From contig CBDDDS010000005.1 of NCBI GenBank assembly GCA_965226745.1, positions 850,389 to 914,388 of the forward strand: a DNA stretch of 64,000 nt. Direction: 5' to 3'. The translations under genes and the position numbers were made by a program. The stretch is from Dehalococcoidia bacterium. Its GTDB lineage: Bacteria > Chloroflexota > Dehalococcoidia > Lucifugimonadales > SAR202-VII-2. Positions 33,867 through 43,676 of this stretch are shown here, in pieces (position 1 is the stretch's first letter; every line of letters starts with the position of its first letter). The notes beneath the pieces are model-generated. The model did not search any database, was not told the origin of the DNA, and worked only from the letters and a program-made list of their open reading frames with translations.

Positions 33867-35018
33867 CTAGGGTTGTCTGGGCGGCCGATGAATGCCCATG
33901 CCTCCCAGAAAGTCCCGCATCGTTGAAACCACCCCGTTCTTCTCACACTCCCGCTCGTAGAGCTCCAGAATGCGGTGGTCCTCGTCGTGGTACTCCACCT
34001 GGATTCCGCCCTTCTTGATATCCATGTCCGCCGCCTGCACCACAGCCTTCCGCTTGTCGAACACGGGGTAGCGGCGGCTGCCGAACCCGAGAACGTAGTA
34101 GCGCGACTGTCCTTCGGCGATGTTGAAATGTTGGTGGTACGTCGGCCCGTCGGGCGGCGCGAAGAGGACGCCGGGCCACCAGTCGACCCGAACGGTATCG
34201 GTAGGGTCCTGTCCTTCCAGCCAGAGCAGCGAGTAACCCTTGCCCGTGACGCAGAAGATGTGGGCGCCGGCGTCATGGCGATGGGCCTTCTTGTACGTGC
34301 CTGGAGGGAACTCTGAGATGTGGGCGCTGAGGGTGCTCTCGGCAAAGATGAAGTTGATCATACTGCCGCCGGCGCCGCGTTCGCGCCACTGGGGCAACTC
34401 GAAGTTGATGAGGTCTGGGACGAGGTTGGTTTCCCACATGTGCTGGCCCGCCTTCACCTCGCGGAACTTCCCCTCGCCGGTGAAGTAGCTGGCCTCGCCG
34501 GTGCGTTCGGGGAACTGGTAGGGGTTATCGAAGATGAAGCCCTCATTGTGAAAGATGTTCAGAATCACCGGCAGGTCGGTCACCGCGGCAAACCTAGCGG
34601 GCTCGGAGCCAGAGCCGTTGAAGTGCTGATGCTTCGCGTTGAGCGGGATGCCGATGGAGCTGCCTTCCTGCCATTCGAAGGTGTGCCGGGCGCCGCCGGG
34701 CAGCTCGATGGATGTTGCCCCCCTGCCCTTCACCACGTAGATGGACTCGTCGTAGAGGTGCTGCTCCACGTTCAACTGGCCACCGGGGGGAATCTCCGAG
34801 ACGTAGGTGCTAAGAAACTCTCCGCGGCCCGCCAAATGGACGTAGGCGCCAAGCCCACCCATCCGCGGCCAAGGCTCCAGGGGCATGTTGACGCAGTCGA
34901 CGCTGTACTCTTCGACGACCGGAATGCCCTCCCGCGCCAGAAACTCTCTATAGGGGTCCCTCATGTAGTACTGCTTGATCAATTCCGGGTCTGGGGAACC
35001 GGTGACTTGGATTGCCAT
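33867..35018 (-). CDS. bicupin protein (gentisate 1,2-dioxygenase-like)
   Basis: Start at MAIQVTGSP (ATG 35018 after GAGGAGGG). Has two cupin modules, the second with an HRHDAGAH metal motif. Confidence 0.65.
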   Translation of the reverse strand: MAIQVTGSPDPELIKQYYMRDPYREFLAREGIPVVEEYSVDCVNMPLEPWPRMGGLGAYVHLAGRGEFLSTYVSEIPPGGQLNVEQHLYDESIYVVKGRGATSIELPGGARHTFEWQEGSSIGIPLNAKHQHFNGSGSEPARFAAVTDLPVILNIFHNEGFIFDNPYQFPERTGEASYFTGEGKFREVKAGQHMWETNLVPDLINFELPQWRERGAGGSMINFIFAESTLSAHISEFPPGTYKKAHRHDAGAHIFCVTGKGYSLLWLEGQDPTDTVRVDWWPGVLFAPPDGPTYHQHFNIAEGQSRYYVLGFGSRRYPVFDKRKAVVQAADMDIKKGGIQVEYHDEDHRILELYERECEKNGVVSTMRDFLGGMGIHRPPRQP

Positions 35019-35284
35019 AATGCCCTCCTCGTTCTCGCGGACTCGCTGGCGCTTGCCAAGCCGACGATAGGGCTCGCGCCACCGCGATGTCAATTTGGCC
35101 TGAGGGCGCTAGGCGCGGCCTCCATCTCCGGCCGCGTTGGGCGTTTGAAAGCGAGGCCGGCTGGCCTCCATCTTCCGGCCTGCGCCGGAAAAGACGGAAG
35201 CCGGGGCGCGCCCGCAATCCCCTCCCGGCGCCGGTGGTGTTATCCTGTGGGGCAGCAACGCCAGCACACCAATGGAGGCCCTTC

Positions 35285-36250
35285 ATGGAACCGTTGCCGC
35301 GTGGAGCTCAGTTCGTTCGTTCGAGGATGCTTTGGGAAATAGCCCTGGGTATGGCGGGGGACCAGTCCATCCCCTACTACGGGAACCGGGACATTGCCAT
35401 CTACATCGGCAACGGGTCCGGCGAGGAGTTCAAGCCATCCCTTCGCATGGCCCCGGGATCTCCCATTCTGTCCAAAGGAATTGTCCGCGGCGACCTCGAC
35501 GCCGCGTTCGTGAACCCATCCGCTCTGCTGACGCAGGCCTACCGCGGCACAGGTCTCTATAAGGGAGCGGCTCTGCCGGTGCGCGTCATCGCTTCCTTTC
35601 CCTCTTGGGACAGGTTTGTCGTTGGGGTGAAGGCGGGATTGGGCATAACCTCCCTCGCAGACGTCAAGGAACAGCGCATGCCCCTGCGCATCTCCATCCG
35701 GGAGGACACAACGCACTCGACCCGGGTGTTGTTGGACCAACTGCTGCCGATGTACGGGTTCACCGTGGCCGACGTGGAAGCCTGGGGCGGCAGCATCCAA
35801 CTCAACGGCCCGCCCAATGACCCCCGCCGCATGACGGAGATCCGCGACGGAACGCTGGACATCGTTTTCGACGAGGGGATACCGGTCTGGCTGGACACTG
35901 CTGTCGAGCACGGCTACATGCCCCTGGAGCTGGAAGACGGCATCATGAAGCAGATGGAAGACATCGGCTGGCGCAAGGTGGTGCTGCCCAAGTCCGTCTT
36001 CAAGGGGCTGGACAGGGACTACGAGACAATCGACTACAGCGGATGGCCCCTGTACACGCGAGAGTCCCTCCCCGACGACGTGGCCTACAGCATGTGCGCC
36101 GCCATCGGGGCACGGGTGGATGAGATCAAGTGGGAGGACGGCGCGTACACCGGGCTCGACCAGATCGGCAGAGATACAGAGTCCACGCCCCTGGACGTGC
36201 CTCTCCACCCCGGCGCAGAGAAGTGGTACCGGGAGCAGGGGCACCTATAG
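35285..36250 (+). CDS. TAXI-family TRAP solute-receptor-like protein with no recognisable signal peptide
   Basis: ATG 35285 follows GGAGG. The C-terminal PLHPGAEKWYREQG motif is typical of TAXI receptors. No TRAP permease gene is nearby. Confidence 0.6.
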   Translation: MEPLPRGAQFVRSRMLWEIALGMAGDQSIPYYGNRDIAIYIGNGSGEEFKPSLRMAPGSPILSKGIVRGDLDAAFVNPSALLTQAYRGTGLYKGAALPVRVIASFPSWDRFVVGVKAGLGITSLADVKEQRMPLRISIREDTTHSTRVLLDQLLPMYGFTVADVEAWGGSIQLNGPPNDPRRMTEIRDGTLDIVFDEGIPVWLDTAVEHGYMPLELEDGIMKQMEDIGWRKVVLPKSVFKGLDRDYETIDYSGWPLYTRESLPDDVAYSMCAAIGARVDEIKWEDGAYTGLDQIGRDTESTPLDVPLHPGAEKWYREQGHL

Positions 36251-36399
36251 GCCGCGCCAGGCAGCCGTGGTCCGTTGGAGCATGCGGGATTCAGCCGGGG
36301 TAAGCGAGATTCAATGGTCGTCACTCCGGTGTAGGTCAGACCGACAAGTGGGCACTGGCCCCACAGCCCGCAGCGTCGCTGAGCATAGGCAACGTCCAT

Positions 36400-36428
36400 C
36401 ATGCGCCTGCTCAGATAACAGGCGCATG
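36400..36428 (-). terminator. hairpin immediately downstream of dinB
   Basis: CATGCGCCTG-9 nt-CAGGCGCATG. No clear U tract. Confidence 0.4.
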
Positions 36429-36431
36429 ACG

Positions 36432-37508
36432 TCAGAGCAGCCGGGGCGCCCTTTCGGGCTGCTCGGCCAGGCTCAGCTTGTCGGCCTTGACGCCGAGGAG
36501 CCGCACCGGCCGCAGGGGTTCCCACGCGCGTTCAAACAGCACGGCCGCTTCCTCATAGATGGCAGCGGCCGCGTCCGTGGGCTCGGGACGGGTGTGGGAT
36601 CGGGTGAGCGTCGTGAAGTCCGAGTACCGGAGCTTGATACCGATGGCGCGGGCGGTGACTCCCTCCTTCCGGAGCTGGCCCGCAACGTCCTCGCTCATAT
36701 GGCGAATACTCTCCAGCAGCGCCTCGGCGGCAGCGACGTCGCGGCTGAAGGTCCGCTCCACACTGCGAGACTTGGCCTCTCGTTGGACCACGACGGGACT
36801 CCCGTCGACGCCCCCGGCGCGCTGGCGCATCTCTGGCCCGCGTTTGCCGAAGAGCCGCGCCAGGAAGTCATCGGATGCGGCGGTGAGCTGACCCAGCGTC
36901 TCCAGGCCGTGCTCATGGAGCGTGGCGCCCGCCCTGGGGCCAATGCCCGGCAGCCGGCGAACCGGCAGCGGCGCCAGAAACTCGGCTTCCTGGCCCGGTG
37001 GAACGGCAAGGAAGCCCTGGGGCTTGGACATCTCGCAAGCAATCTTGGCCACGACCTTGCTGGTCGCCACACCCACCGAGCTGGGCAGGTCGATGTCCCC
37101 CCGAATCCGGCGCTGAACGTCCCGGCCAATCTCTCCGGCCCTGTAGAAGGGGATGCCGGCGGGAAGCTCAACGTATGCCTCGTCAATGGAAACCTGCTCC
37201 ACCAAGGGCGAGTACTCCGCCAGCAGGGCCATGACCATCCGAGACGTCTCGCTGTAGTCGCCCCTGGAAGACGGCAGAATGATGAGGTGCGGGCAGAGCT
37301 TGACGGCGGCGCGCATGGGCATGGCGGAATGAACGCCATACTCCCTGGCGGCATAGGATGCCGCGGCCACCACGCCCCTGCCCTCGGGGCTGCCGCCGAC
37401 CACCACTGGCTTGCCTCTCAGGGAGGGGTCGCGCAGCTCTTCCACCGAAACGAAGAAAGCGTCCAGGTCAAGGAGGATCACGCGCCGGTCAAGAAGCTCC
37501 ACAGCCAT
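36432..37508 (-). CDS. dinB: DNA polymerase IV (Y-family)
   Basis: Start at MAVELLDRRVILLDLDAFFVSVE, about 358 aa. Has the Y-family motifs LDLDAFF and SIDEAY. Confidence 0.9.
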   Translation of the reverse strand: MAVELLDRRVILLDLDAFFVSVEELRDPSLRGKPVVVGGSPEGRGVVAAASYAAREYGVHSAMPMRAAVKLCPHLIILPSSRGDYSETSRMVMALLAEYSPLVEQVSIDEAYVELPAGIPFYRAGEIGRDVQRRIRGDIDLPSSVGVATSKVVAKIACEMSKPQGFLAVPPGQEAEFLAPLPVRRLPGIGPRAGATLHEHGLETLGQLTAASDDFLARLFGKRGPEMRQRAGGVDGSPVVVQREAKSRSVERTFSRDVAAAEALLESIRHMSEDVAGQLRKEGVTARAIGIKLRYSDFTTLTRSHTRPEPTDAAAAIYEEAAVLFERAWEPLRPVRLLGVKADKLSLAEQPERAPRLL

Positions 37509-37796
37509 GCACCTCTCAAGGAAACAGATCAAGAACACACCGGGAACAGTGGCTCTGCGGAGCCCCGTTGACGCCTGCGTCCGCCGCCTCGACTGTTTGA
37601 CAAGCCTACCACCTGCTGCTACATTAGCGGACGCTACGCAGGGGCGTAGCGCTATGACAATCTCTTTCAGCAGGGACATCCTCCAGCGCCCGAATATACT
37701 TCGGTATGTAGTACGCTGATAAAGCTCTGAGACCCCTAGACGGAGCAACCCGGGTGGTGGGAATCCCTCCCAGTCCTGATTTCACGGAGGATCAAG

Positions 37797-39497
37797 TTGG
37801 AACGCCGTGACTTCGTTGTCCGATTCGCAGGAGAAGGCGGCCAGGGTGTCGTAACGGCCGCGGAGTTCTTGGCAAGGGCTGCCGCTACCGTCGGCTATCA
37901 CGTGATGACCTTTGCCACCTTCCCCTCCCAGATCAAGGGAGGGCCCACGTACACCCAGGTCCGCATAGCGACATCACAGGTCCTGAGTTCCGGGGACGAG
38001 ATTGACGTGCTCGTCGCGCTGAACCCGGAAGCCTACGATAACCACAAGTCCGATGTCCGCAGCGACGGCGTGGTTATGTACGACAGCGTCTTCGAAATTG
38101 CCGCTGAGACCAGGGTGCTGGGCGTGCCCATTGAAGCGTTGGCCAAGCAGGCCGGGGAGGCCCGGTCCGCCAACATGGTCATCCTAGGAGCGCTGGCGCA
38201 CCTGGTGGCTATGCCGGAGGAGTACTTTCGGGACTTTATCACCGAGCGGTTCAAGGGGCGCGACAGGATCGTCTCGTCCAACATAACGGCTCTGGGGCTG
38301 GGACGGGAACACGCGGCCGCCAGTGGATTCCAGTTGGGAAGCCTGATGCCACCGGAGAGGCCGGAAGGACGTCAGGTGCTGATCAAGGGAAATGAGGCTC
38401 TCGCTATTGGCGCTGTCCAGGCGGGCGTCGACTTCTACGTGGGTTACCCTATCTCCCCGGCGACGCCCATCTTCATCTTCATGGAGAAGAACCTGGTGGG
38501 CCCCGGCAGATTCGCCTACCAGGCATCGTCCGAAATCGAATCGATCACGGCGATCATCGGGGCTGGGTACGCCGGCCAAAAAGCCATGACCGCCACCGCC
38601 GGCCCGGGCTTCACGCTGATGGGCGAGGGCTTAGGCTTGGCGTGGATGGCCGAGATTCCAATCGTCGTCGTTGACGTCCAGCGAGGCGGACCGGCCACCG
38701 GACTGCCGACCAAGACCGAGCAGTCCGACCTCCAGACCGCCCTCCACCCCGCCCACGGGGACTCCAAGCTGCCCGTCATAGCTCCGGGAACCGTGGAGGA
38801 GTGCTTCTACGCCGCCATTCACGCCTTCAACTGGGCGGAGCGATACCAGGGACCCGTCATCGTGCTCAGCGAGCACATGATGGCGGAGCGGTCTCAGAAC
38901 ATCCCCTTGCCCAATCTGGACCTTTACCCGTCGGAGCGGCGGCAGATCTACACCGGCGACAACGGCTACCTGCGCTACGATAGCTGGGAGCTGTCTCCCA
39001 TGCCGATTCCGGGGTCTCCTGGCTCCTACGTGGCCAATGGTTCGGAGCACGACTCCTACGGCGACACGACCCATCTGCCGGACCGCCACGTCCAGATGAC
39101 GGAACGGCGCTTTGGCAAGCTGAAGCTGCTGGAAGACGGCTACTACGAGGCGGAGAATATGGACGCGGCCATCGCCATCATGCCCTGGGGCGGGTCGAAG
39201 GGCCCAGGCCGCGAGGCTTGGGAGATCCTGAATGCCAATGGGCAGAGCATCGCCTGGCGCTACACGATGTTCCTCCATCCCCTGCCGCCGAACCTCCTGG
39301 AAGACCTGTTGCAGAAGGACCTGGTCATCGTTCCTGAATTGAACTACCTGGGCCAGTTCTCGGCCTACCTGCGGACATACGGCATACGAGCGGAATCCAT
39401 CACTCAGTACACGGGCCTTCCCTTCAAGGTCAGCGACCTTGCGGAACGCATAACGAAGCGCGTTGAGGCCCTAGGAAGGGGGGGTGTTCGAGTATGA
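37797..39497 (+). CDS. korA: 2-oxoacid:ferredoxin oxidoreductase, fused gamma-alpha subunit
   Basis: 566 aa with TTG start after GGAGGA. A gamma-type N-terminal domain is followed by the alpha domain (GYPISPATP). Overlaps the beta-subunit gene. Confidence 0.85.
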   Translation: MERRDFVVRFAGEGGQGVVTAAEFLARAAATVGYHVMTFATFPSQIKGGPTYTQVRIATSQVLSSGDEIDVLVALNPEAYDNHKSDVRSDGVVMYDSVFEIAAETRVLGVPIEALAKQAGEARSANMVILGALAHLVAMPEEYFRDFITERFKGRDRIVSSNITALGLGREHAAASGFQLGSLMPPERPEGRQVLIKGNEALAIGAVQAGVDFYVGYPISPATPIFIFMEKNLVGPGRFAYQASSEIESITAIIGAGYAGQKAMTATAGPGFTLMGEGLGLAWMAEIPIVVVDVQRGGPATGLPTKTEQSDLQTALHPAHGDSKLPVIAPGTVEECFYAAIHAFNWAERYQGPVIVLSEHMMAERSQNIPLPNLDLYPSERRQIYTGDNGYLRYDSWELSPMPIPGSPGSYVANGSEHDSYGDTTHLPDRHVQMTERRFGKLKLLEDGYYEAENMDAAIAIMPWGGSKGPGREAWEILNANGQSIAWRYTMFLHPLPPNLLEDLLQKDLVIVPELNYLGQFSAYLRTYGIRAESITQYTGLPFKVSDLAERITKRVEALGRGGVRV

Positions 39498-40363
39498 GCG
39501 CAAAGAACCCGGAATACGATTTCAAATGGTGCCCGGGCTGCGGCGACTTCGGCGTCCGCCGGGCTTTGGAGTTTGCCATTGAGGAGCGCGGCGAGCGCAC
39601 CGGCGAAGCAATCTATAACAACGTCATCGTGGCGGGGATCGGTTGCTCAGGCAATCTTGTTCACCTGTACGAAGGCGAGCAGCCCTACGGGCTTCACGGC
39701 ATACACGGCCGCACCCTTCCGCTGGCCTTCGGCGTCAAGATGGGCCGGCCTGACCTGAACGTCGTTGTGGTGGCCGGCGACGGGGACTTCCTGAGCATCG
39801 GTCAGGAGCACATTGCTCCTCAGGCGGCCCGCAACCTGGACATCACCTGCGTCATCATGGACAATGGCGTCTATGGGCTGACCAAGGGCCAGAGCTCCCC
39901 TACCGCTGAGATCGAGATGGTGACCAACTCGACGCCCTATGGGAAGCTGGAAGTGGCCCTCAATCCCCTTCAGTTCTTCCTGAGCATCGGCGTCTCCTTC
40001 GTGGCCGCCGCCTTCTCTGGGAAGCCGAAGGATCTGGCGAAGATCATTGGGAAGGCGATGGACCACCCCGGCTTCGCCATCGTCAACGTTCAGTCGCCAT
40101 GCACGACCTACAACGACACGTTCGAAGCCCTCAAGGGCAGCGCGAAAAAGGGCATTGAGCCCGCTCTCTATGATGTGCCTGAAGACCACGACCCAACGGA
40201 CTGGAACGCCGCGATGGAGATCGCCCGGGCGGACGGTGTGCCGGCTGGCATCCTGTACCAGCAGCCATACTCGCAACCGCTCCATCAGAAGGTAGCGGAC
40301 ATCATCCATCCGCAGGCCAGAATGAAGAGCGTCGAGGAGATGCTGGAGGCCTTCGCCCTATAG
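39494..40363 (+). CDS. korB: 2-oxoacid:ferredoxin oxidoreductase, beta (TPP-binding) subunit
   Basis: 289 aa with WCPGCGDFG and GDGD TPP motifs. Confidence 0.9.
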   Translation: MSAKNPEYDFKWCPGCGDFGVRRALEFAIEERGERTGEAIYNNVIVAGIGCSGNLVHLYEGEQPYGLHGIHGRTLPLAFGVKMGRPDLNVVVVAGDGDFLSIGQEHIAPQAARNLDITCVIMDNGVYGLTKGQSSPTAEIEMVTNSTPYGKLEVALNPLQFFLSIGVSFVAAAFSGKPKDLAKIIGKAMDHPGFAIVNVQSPCTTYNDTFEALKGSAKKGIEPALYDVPEDHDPTDWNAAMEIARADGVPAGILYQQPYSQPLHQKVADIIHPQARMKSVEEMLEAFAL

Positions 40364-40390
40364 CACCGGCCAATCGAGACGTGGAGCGAA

Positions 40391-40426
40391 GAGAGAGCGC
40401 CCCGGTGATAGTCGGGGCGCTCTCTC
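40391..40426 (+). terminator. intrinsic terminator after korB
   Basis: GAGAGAGCGCCCCG-8 nt-CGGGGCGCTCTCTC followed by TTTC. Confidence 0.7.
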
Positions 40427-40535
40427 TTTCACTCTTCATTGGCTGTCAAGGCTTGGCCTAGGAGCAGCGGGCGGGCGGTGGAGACGGGGCTTGGAGGCGA
40501 AGCGTCCCGCGCCACAGGAAGCGGTCACCTGAAAA

Positions 40536-40570
40536 AGCCAACGACCCGGCCAAAGGCCGGGTCGTTGGCT
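40536..40570 (-). terminator. intrinsic terminator after ccmE
   Basis: AGCCAACGACCCGGCC-loop-GGCCGGGTCGTTGGCT, followed on the minus strand by TTTTTC. Confidence 0.75.
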
Positions 40571-40591
40571 GTAGTTCGCGGGACGCTCGGC

Positions 40592-41077
40592 TCAGGCCTG
40601 GTAGTCGGGCGCTTGCTCTCCCTGGGCATCCAACTCCTGGAACTTCGTGGGACACTTGATCAACGGGTCGCCCAGAGTCGTCAGGACGCCGTCCTGGTCG
40701 TAGGCGCCCTGAAGAATGATCTCCGAGTGCGGGTTGAAGAAAAGACTGGGCACCACGCCGGCATGGGCCACGTTAAGGTGGTCCCCGTTCTCATCCACGA
40801 GAATGAATTCAGCGCCCCCGTCGCCGGGATCCCGCTCGAACGAGCCTTGCAACAGCTTCCCCCGGACTCGCAGTGTCTCCCCAGCCAGGGATTCGCCCTG
40901 GGCCTGCAACTCCTGCACGGAGTAGAAGTACTCCGCCGCACCCTGAAACGCCTGAAAAGCGAAGTAGGACATAGCCAGGGCCACGACCGCTATGCCGATG
41001 ACCAGCTTCTTGCGGCCGGTAAGCCAAGGCTCAGGCAGGGCCGTTGAGTTGGGTGGAATCTGAGGATCGATGGCCAT
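40592..41077 (-). CDS. ccmE: CcmE-like heme chaperone, cysteine-type variant
   Basis: N-terminal TM anchor plus an OB domain. The C-terminal LIKCPTKF aligns with the canonical LAKHDENY. ATG at 41077 (an alternative TTG lies at 41089). Confidence 0.7.
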   Translation of the reverse strand: MAIDPQIPPNSTALPEPWLTGRKKLVIGIAVVALAMSYFAFQAFQGAAEYFYSVQELQAQGESLAGETLRVRGKLLQGSFERDPGDGGAEFILVDENGDHLNVAHAGVVPSLFFNPHSEIILQGAYDQDGVLTTLGDPLIKCPTKFQELDAQGEQAPDYQA

Positions 41078-41224
41078 TGTTTGGTGCAAGCCGAGACGCG
41101 TTTCCAGAATATCCCATTGCCCTTACTTTCACAATGCACCGCTCAGGGCCCTTCCACTTGCCCGGCGCCCTTTGACCTGGGTATAATTCCGTCTACGGTC
41201 AGCTTGACCAGAAGGAGTTCCCGA

Positions 41225-42163
41225 ATGGTGCCTCAACCCCTGTCTTTTTTCCGTGGGCAGTTCTTACCCTTGGCGGATGCCAAGGTGGGAATCGCCACGC
41301 ATGCCCTGCACTACGGAACCGCCGTCTTCGAGGGCATCAGGGCCAATTGGAACGAGGACGACTCCACCATCTACATCTTCCGTCCCCGCGAGCATTATGA
41401 GCGGCTGCTTCGCGGTTGCCGCATCCTCCGCATGGAGGTTCCCTACTCCGTGGACGACCTCTGCAAGCTGTCGGCGGAGTTGGTGGAGCGGAGCGGCTAC
41501 CAGGTCGACCTCTACGTTCGGCCGCTGGTGTTCAAGAGTTCGGAAGTTGTGGCCAACCTCAAGCTCCACGAGCTTGACGCAGAGTTGGCCATTATAACCG
41601 TGCCCCTGGGCAACTATCTAGGTGGGGAGTCCATGGCCCGCTGCTGCACGTCAAGCTGGCGCCGCATGGAAGACACCATGATTCCACCGCGGGTGAAGAT
41701 TAGCGGCCTGTATGTCAACAGCATCCTGGCAAAGACCGAGGCTGTGCTTGCCGGGTTCGATGAAGCAATCCTGTTGAACCAGGATGGCTACGTGTCCGAG
41801 GGTTCGGGCGAGAACATCTTCATGGTCCAGGACGGACGGCTGTTCACACCGCCCATCACGGACAACGTGCTTCCCGGCGTGACCAGGGACACCATCATCC
41901 AGATCGCCAAAAACGAGTTGGCCATAGAGACCGAGGAGCGCCGCATCCGGCGCAGTGAACTCTACCTGGCCGACGAAGTCTTCCTAACAGGCACCGCGGC
42001 CCACCTGACTCCTGTCGGTGAGATCGACAACATCAAGGTGGGGGAGGGAAGCTGGGGGCCGATCGCGACCGCGCTCCGGGCCCTCTATTTCGACGTGATC
42101 CGCGGCCGCAACCCCAAGTACCTCCACTGGAGTTTACCGGTCCGCTCAAAGGTAAGCGCCTAG
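41225..42163 (+). CDS. ilvE: branched-chain amino acid aminotransferase (fold type IV)
   Basis: ATG 41225 follows AAGGAG, about 312 aa. Has the motifs HYGTAVFEGIRA and EGSGENIF. Confidence 0.9.
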   Translation: MVPQPLSFFRGQFLPLADAKVGIATHALHYGTAVFEGIRANWNEDDSTIYIFRPREHYERLLRGCRILRMEVPYSVDDLCKLSAELVERSGYQVDLYVRPLVFKSSEVVANLKLHELDAELAIITVPLGNYLGGESMARCCTSSWRRMEDTMIPPRVKISGLYVNSILAKTEAVLAGFDEAILLNQDGYVSEGSGENIFMVQDGRLFTPPITDNVLPGVTRDTIIQIAKNELAIETEERRIRRSELYLADEVFLTGTAAHLTPVGEIDNIKVGEGSWGPIATALRALYFDVIRGRNPKYLHWSLPVRSKVSA

Positions 42164-42180
42164 TCTTCCCCCACGCGGAC

Positions 42181-42588
42181 ATGAGCTTGTTCGCCATCGA
42201 GTATTTGGCCTTCTCCTTCGTTGCCTGCTGCGGCGCCCTCCAGGTGGCCGCCTGGCACAACCATCTGAATGGCTTGTCGTTCCTGCCCCGCCGCCACCTT
42301 GGCGGCCTGCTGGGCGCGGCCCTCGCCGTTGGGGCGTTCCTCTGGTTCTTCCTCAGCCGCGAACGCAACGTGCCGGATACCGACGAGGGCCTTGGGGGAA
42401 CCCTGATGTTCGCCCTCTTTCTGCTTGCAGCAGGAGCGGCCACGGCGTTCACTCTGGCTCTGTCGTCGTTGGCCAATTGGAAGCGATTCCAGCCTCCACC
42501 GGCCGATGCCGACGGCCTGGAGGCGCTCAGGCAGTCAAGCTACGTCAGCGCTCTACTGGCCAGCTTCCGCAAGGACAGACTGCCATGA
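42181..42588 (+). CDS. hypothetical membrane protein
   Basis: 135 aa with about 3 hydrophobic helices. Stop overlaps the next start (ATGA). Confidence 0.5.
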   Translation: MSLFAIEYLAFSFVACCGALQVAAWHNHLNGLSFLPRRHLGGLLGAALAVGAFLWFFLSRERNVPDTDEGLGGTLMFALFLLAAGAATAFTLALSSLANWKRFQPPPADADGLEALRQSSYVSALLASFRKDRLP

Positions 42589-43166
42589 CACAGACGGACG
42601 AGGCGATACTGCTCTGGTTGAACCAGTGGGTAGGCTTCCTGCCCTGGGTAGACGCCGCTGTCGAGGTGTTGATCAGCGACTACTTCATCCCGGTGTTGTT
42701 TTCCATCATCTTGTTGGGGCTCTGGTTCACCGGGATCGCCAGGCAGGCGCGCGAAATGAATCAACGGGCGGTGGGGATTGCCGCAGCCTCCATTGGGCTT
42801 GTGAACGCCTGGGTCACGGTCATCAACGCCCACATCTTCCGCTTCCGGCCCTTCGTGGACCACGACCTGACGCTGCTATTCTACCGCCCCACCGACTCGG
42901 CCTTCCCCGCCAACCCCGCGGCCCTTGCCTTCGCCGCGGCTTCGGGGGTGTGGCTGGCAAACAAGAGGGTGGGGGGGTTCCTCTTCGCGATGGGCGCTCT
43001 CTCCTCGGCGGGGAGGGTCTACGCGGGGGTGTTCTATCCTACCGACGTCATTGCCGGCGCCCTTTTGGGGATCGCCTCGGCGGGCTTCATGGTCCTCGTA
43101 TTCCGGCTGGGGGAACCCATTCCCACGATCGTCCTACAGGTCATGCGGAAGATCCGGCTGGCCTGA
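42585..43166 (+). CDS. PAP2-superfamily membrane protein with substituted catalytic residues
   Basis: Start at MTQTDEAILLWLN. The PAP2-like motifs are present but altered: FRFRP, FPANP (for PSGH) and GRVYAGVFYPTD (for SRxxxxxHxxxD). Confidence 0.65.
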   Translation: MTQTDEAILLWLNQWVGFLPWVDAAVEVLISDYFIPVLFSIILLGLWFTGIARQAREMNQRAVGIAAASIGLVNAWVTVINAHIFRFRPFVDHDLTLLFYRPTDSAFPANPAALAFAAASGVWLANKRVGGFLFAMGALSSAGRVYAGVFYPTDVIAGALLGIASAGFMVLVFRLGEPIPTIVLQVMRKIRLA

Positions 43167-43171
43167 CAGCC

Positions 43172-43504
43172 CTATGCGTGCTCGCCGTTGCCATTCTCGG
43201 CGAAGTCGTTCTTGCTCCAAACGCCAATGTCCCGCCCCTGGTGGACGTGGATGATGAACTCCTCCCTGGAGATGCCAACCGCGTCCACGATCTCCTCGTC
43301 AAGAGCGTCAATGAGGTCCTGAATCCCCTCTTGGGTCAGACTCTCGCCAATGGTCAACGTGCCATGCACCATGCCAGGCACGTAGTGCAGGTCGATTCTC
43401 CCTATCGCCGCCTCGTCCTCCAGGATGGTGTACACCTCTGAGTACGGCGTGCGGACCTCTCGCTCGAAGTAAAACGCGCCCATCGGTCGATTCCTCCAAT
43501 CCAA
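43172..43504 (-). CDS. hypothetical acidic cytoplasmic protein
   Basis: 110-aa ORF with a compact intergenic fit. No family recognised. The start could instead be the internal M at 43483. Confidence 0.4.
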   Translation of the reverse strand: MDWRNRPMGAFYFEREVRTPYSEVYTILEDEAAIGRIDLHYVPGMVHGTLTIGESLTQEGIQDLIDALDEEIVDAVGISREEFIIHVHQGRDIGVWSKNDFAENGNGEHA

Positions 43505-43676
43505 TGTTCAAAGCAGGATCCGGCGCTAGTGAGGCGCTCATTAACCATCTTGACCGCTCTCTGCCTATGTCCTCCCAACCGTGCGCTGGCTGGTTCTCAA
43601 ACGCTCCAATGCTGAGGACCGGGAGAGCGCGGTGTGGGATTCGACTGTCTCTGCGCGCTCAACGCTCTATCGAGGG

